From Bermanella sp. WJH001 (lineage in GTDB: Bacteria > Pseudomonadota > Gammaproteobacteria > Pseudomonadales > Oceanobacteraceae), in NCBI RefSeq assembly GCF_030070105.2, contig NZ_CP194951.1, forward strand, positions 537,981 to 569,980: a DNA stretch of 32,000 nucleotides. The letters run 5' to 3'. This document shows, in pieces, positions 28,991 through 32,000 of this stretch; position 1 is the stretch's first letter; the number at the start of each line of letters is the position of its first letter. The notes beneath the pieces were generated by a model that ran no database searches, had not been told where the DNA came from, and saw nothing but the letters and a program-made list of their open reading frames with translations. The position numbers were made by a program, and so were the translations under genes.

Positions 28991-29665
28991 TTAAACGCTT
29001 TCTATAATCAAGCGCTCTTCTTTAAGGTGTATGTGGCAGGTTTTCTGCCAGTGCTCACTGGCCAAGTCATCGCTCACTTGATATTGCCCGGCGATGGCCA
29101 GTAGTTCACTTTCTAATTTCTGGCAGGTAATACTGGCACTGGTGTCGCCATTAATACCGGCCAGTGCACGTCCATAAAGGGTGCCGTAAATATGAATGCT
29201 GCCGCTGGCTAGCACTTCTGCCCCTTGCCCGACATTGCCAAATACCACTAAATCCCCATTGGGATTGATAACTTGCTGGCCACTGCGAACCGCTTGTTTT
29301 ACAAATTTAGCGGGTTGGGGTGTTGGCGCTGCCGCTTTTTGTGATTTGGGTGAATCATTAAAAAGAGGTAGGTTTAAGTGTTCAGCTACCAGGTGTTGGT
29401 CTTGTTCACAGCGCAGACCCACAGGAATAAATCCTAATTTTTTTAGGGTTTCTATTAGGCTTTCGCTCCACTCAAGTGAGATGGGCTGATTCGGCAGTGC
29501 AATGACCACTGGAGCGTTTTTAAGTAATTGGGGGGCTTTCGCTAGACGTTGTTGTAAGTCGAATTGAATGGCCGATATATCTAAGCTTTCAAGCTGCAAC
29601 AAGGTAAATGGGTGCAGGCTGGCTTTGAGTTGTAAAACCGGGGTTGTATTACGGGCCGCGTCCAT
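28991..29665 (-). CDS. minC: Septum site-determining protein MinC
   Basis: C-terminal 'RSGQQVINPNGDLVVFGNVGQGAEVLASGSIHIYGTLYGRALAGI'. Start at 29665 (MDAARNTT) supported by AAGGA 8 nt upstream; the ORF track extends to 29701. Confidence 0.95.
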   Translation of the reverse strand: MDAARNTTPVLQLKASLHPFTLLQLESLDISAIQFDLQQRLAKAPQLLKNAPVVIALPNQPISLEWSESLIETLKKLGFIPVGLRCEQDQHLVAEHLNLPLFNDSPKSQKAAAPTPQPAKFVKQAVRSGQQVINPNGDLVVFGNVGQGAEVLASGSIHIYGTLYGRALAGINGDTSASITCQKLESELLAIAGQYQVSDDLASEHWQKTCHIHLKEERLIIESV

Positions 29666-29732
29666 GACTGTGTTCCTTGCGCGTGAAAAAGGCCAGTGCA
29701 TTCACTGGCCAGTTACTTTACTGCTTTGTGGC

Positions 29733-30377
29733 TTATGCCTCAACGGCTTTTAGGCTTAAAGGGGCGTGTTCAAATTGAATGCCAGCCCAGCCATGGCGCA
29801 TGAATTGACGGATATTCTGATGGTCCGATCCATCAGGGGTCGCCAATACATCACGGTAATGCTCACCAAAGCTTTTAAGGGCTTGTTCTGGGGTGAAACC
29901 GTTTAAACGGCCCAATGCAAATACTTTTAGGCTACCTTCGTTTTTGCCTTGTTCGTTTTTGGCGGCTTGCTCATCTAGGCCGTTGGTGAAAGCAGTTGGG
30001 TGCAGGTCATACCATTTTTCAACTAAGGCTAAGGTTTCACTGAATTGATTATCACCGCTTTCTAAGCGAGAACGGAACGCGCTCATGTCTTTTTGTAATG
30101 CTTGTTGTTGATTAAACAAGGCCATCTCATGGGCGGAGCTGTCTAGTTGATACTGCTTTTTCCATTCATCTTGAGGCATGCCATAGGCCCACTCACGTTC
30201 AGCGCCATCCGCCAACGCTATGCCGGCTTCTTGGGCTGCACTTTTATACCATTTGCCTAAACAGTTTCGGCAAAACCCAGCAAGGGTCATTAACTGAATA
30301 TTTTGAACGTCTTTGCGGGTATCTAGGTGTTTTAAAAAGCGGCGCATGACGGCGGCTTCAATGGCGTTTTTATCCAT
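29733..30377 (-). CDS. DUF1244 domain fused to HopJ-type III effector-like domain
   Basis: 'RRFLKHLDTRKDVQNIQLMTLAGFCRNCLGKWYKSAA' (DUF1244) and 'YDLHPTAFTNGLDEQAAKNEQGKNEGSLKVFALGRLNGFTPEQALKSFGEHYRDVLATPDGSDHQNIRQFMRHGWAGIQF' (HopJ). Confidence 0.88.
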   Translation of the reverse strand: MDKNAIEAAVMRRFLKHLDTRKDVQNIQLMTLAGFCRNCLGKWYKSAAQEAGIALADGAEREWAYGMPQDEWKKQYQLDSSAHEMALFNQQQALQKDMSAFRSRLESGDNQFSETLALVEKWYDLHPTAFTNGLDEQAAKNEQGKNEGSLKVFALGRLNGFTPEQALKSFGEHYRDVLATPDGSDHQNIRQFMRHGWAGIQFEHAPLSLKAVEA

Positions 30378-30470
30378 GAAAAGTACTTATTTTTTAACAA
30401 ATGTGGCGCTATTGTACTGGCCTTCGCCACAAGGGCAAATACCTTGTCGGTATATAACACGCCAAATAGG

Positions 30471-31373
30471 TTAACGATTACGAAACGGCACGTTATGGGT
30501 GCAAAGATAACGCCCCCATTCGATGACTCCACGAGGAAAGTGGCGGTGAAATAATGCTTCTACAATTTGTGCGGTGCGGTAGTCGGTTTTTTTAAGGACT
30601 AAAAAAACTAAGTCGCTGCGACGCCATTCAAACTCCGCTAATTGGCAGGGTATTTTTGAGGCGCGAACAAGATAGGCAATTTGATAGGCCGATTCACGTT
30701 TCATTAACAGCACCCAATACCGGCTGCGCATGATTTCAACGGTTCTCATGTCAATATGCTGAATTTCGATATCCGCTTTGACAGTCAGGTCTCGGCCTTT
30801 GTCACGACAATGCATAAGCAATGAGGCAAAGTTTCTGGGCTCGCCATCGTTACAAAAATAATAGCGCCCATCCCACTCTCGATAGGCAAAAGGAAAGTGC
30901 TGGCTTTTGTCTCCAAACACTTCATAGGTTAATTGATCAAAGTGTTCGGCATGGTGTTTGGGAATATCCTTACATTCGTTTTCGGCGTATTCAACGATAT
31001 CTTGGTAATCGTAATCAACCACACTGGACTCAACGGCCGTAATATTGCGCATGGATAGATAGCGCTTGTAACGCTTGGTTTTATAGATTTTCTTTAAAAG
31101 CTGAGCGCAATCCTTCCACTGATCACCGGCCTGTTCTAACGAGTTTGCGGCTGCGGTATTGGCCGCTGATACGGATAACCAGCGATGGCTTAAGAAACTT
31201 CGAGGGTTGATGTCGCCAATCATTTCCATTGGCATTTCAGAGACATAACGTACGCAATACCAAACCGGAAACAGTTTTTGTAATAGCACATTTGCCCAGG
31301 TTTCAATATCCACAGGACCCGACTTGGGTTTTTTAGGGCTGCCACTTGGGCTGGGTAGATTGGCATCACTCAT
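30471..31373 (-). CDS. Hypothetical protein
   Basis: Uninterrupted 300-codon ORF without recognised motifs. Confidence 0.65.
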   Translation of the reverse strand: MSDANLPSPSGSPKKPKSGPVDIETWANVLLQKLFPVWYCVRYVSEMPMEMIGDINPRSFLSHRWLSVSAANTAAANSLEQAGDQWKDCAQLLKKIYKTKRYKRYLSMRNITAVESSVVDYDYQDIVEYAENECKDIPKHHAEHFDQLTYEVFGDKSQHFPFAYREWDGRYYFCNDGEPRNFASLLMHCRDKGRDLTVKADIEIQHIDMRTVEIMRSRYWVLLMKRESAYQIAYLVRASKIPCQLAEFEWRRSDLVFLVLKKTDYRTAQIVEALFHRHFPRGVIEWGRYLCTHNVPFRNR

Positions 31374-31524
31374 AGGCTGATTACAACATTCCTTAATGCC
31401 CGCTAAAGCGTATTGGCGGCTTAGATTGGGTAGAGTCCTTTGGGTTTATGTCGGCCTAAAACTCGACAACTTTAATGAACTCTGCTTAAAACTAAGTAGG
31501 TGTATTAGAGTATAGGGGAAAAAT

Positions 31525-31992
31525 ATGGCTAAGCCCCAAGATGATAGCCAACCCAAATATATGCATATTGAGGGTAAAACTCAGTATGAAATGGCCCAGT
31601 CTATTGACGCTGCATTTGCGGCGGCGGAAGCGTCCATTCATCACCAATCCGAAGAAGTGGCGCTACAGTGGTGGTATCAGCAGTTTGAGTTGCAGATTCA
31701 AGAGGAATTCAATGTCCCTGACTCATGTTTGCCCAGTGGTAATGTGACAAACGAACAGAGCTTTTTGCAGCTGTATCTGGCACTGGTCAAGCGTACATTG
31801 CAAATACAGGGTGATCCAAAGCAAAAACTCAGTGCCGGTATTACAATTAATTTATTATTAGAGCGAAGCTTGTTAGACGCTATTGATATGATGCAGGCGA
31901 AACAAATATGGCGGTTTGATCTGCAACGTAAGTTACAAACTTTGCAAGGACGATTGATTAATGAGCGCCCCTCCCCAGCTGCCTCCTCCTAA
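31525..31992 (+). CDS. Hypothetical protein
   Basis: 155-codon ORF, AGGGGAAAAAT-ATG RBS; no recognised domain. Confidence 0.65.
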   Translation: MAKPQDDSQPKYMHIEGKTQYEMAQSIDAAFAAAEASIHHQSEEVALQWWYQQFELQIQEEFNVPDSCLPSGNVTNEQSFLQLYLALVKRTLQIQGDPKQKLSAGITINLLLERSLLDAIDMMQAKQIWRFDLQRKLQTLQGRLINERPSPAASS

Positions 31993-32000
31993 AGCGCAGC
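31961..32000 (+). CDS. Possible start of the next gene, truncated by window edge (MSAPPQLPPKAQ...)
   Basis: ATG at 31961 with AAGGA about 10 nt upstream, open to the edge, overlapping the end of the preceding ORF in another frame. Confidence 0.3.
   Translation, partial: MSAPPQLPPPKAQ

Noticed and set aside
29733-30377. Type III secretion effector / pathogenicity interpretation of the HopJ domain
   Set aside because: There are no secretion genes in the window, the gene sits beside minCDE, and fusion with DUF1244 suggests a housekeeping role.

Overview
The window is chromosomal DNA from a marine-type gammaproteobacterium (probably Oceanospirillales-like, inferred from gene content). It has no prophage, CRISPR array, RNA gene or transposase that I can support. 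Left to right: a putative minus-strand operon (two YbjQ/UPF0145 paralogs, an M48 metalloprotease, and an edge-truncated secreted protein); a thiolase; a plus-strand lipid cluster (Pla-1/cef-family lipase lipoprotein, DUF1302 protein, DUF1329 protein) followed by a MalT/LuxR-type ATPase regulator and a degenerate REC-domain protein; a LysR regulator divergent from an OmpP1/FadL porin; a TonB-dependent receptor; a DUF523-DUF1722 protein; a PIN-PhoH protein; a transmembrane protein with an apparently complete MshEN c-di-GMP-binding signature; trxB; a parvulin PPIase; minCDE; a DUF1244-HopJ fusion; and several hypotheticals. The non-coding structure is also informative. It includes 16 perfect GTCTAAC heptamers next to the thiolase stop codon, with a related ATCTAAC x4 array next to the TonB receptor stop codon. 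There is a 24-bp perfect inverted repeat resembling a REP doublet, two diverged copies of a structured intergenic element of about 180-200 bp, and clustered inverted repeats upstream of the lipase operon. Nothing proves a wholly new system. The strongest candidates are the MshEN-TM-exported fusion protein and the lipase/DUF1302/DUF1329/MalT-like cluster.
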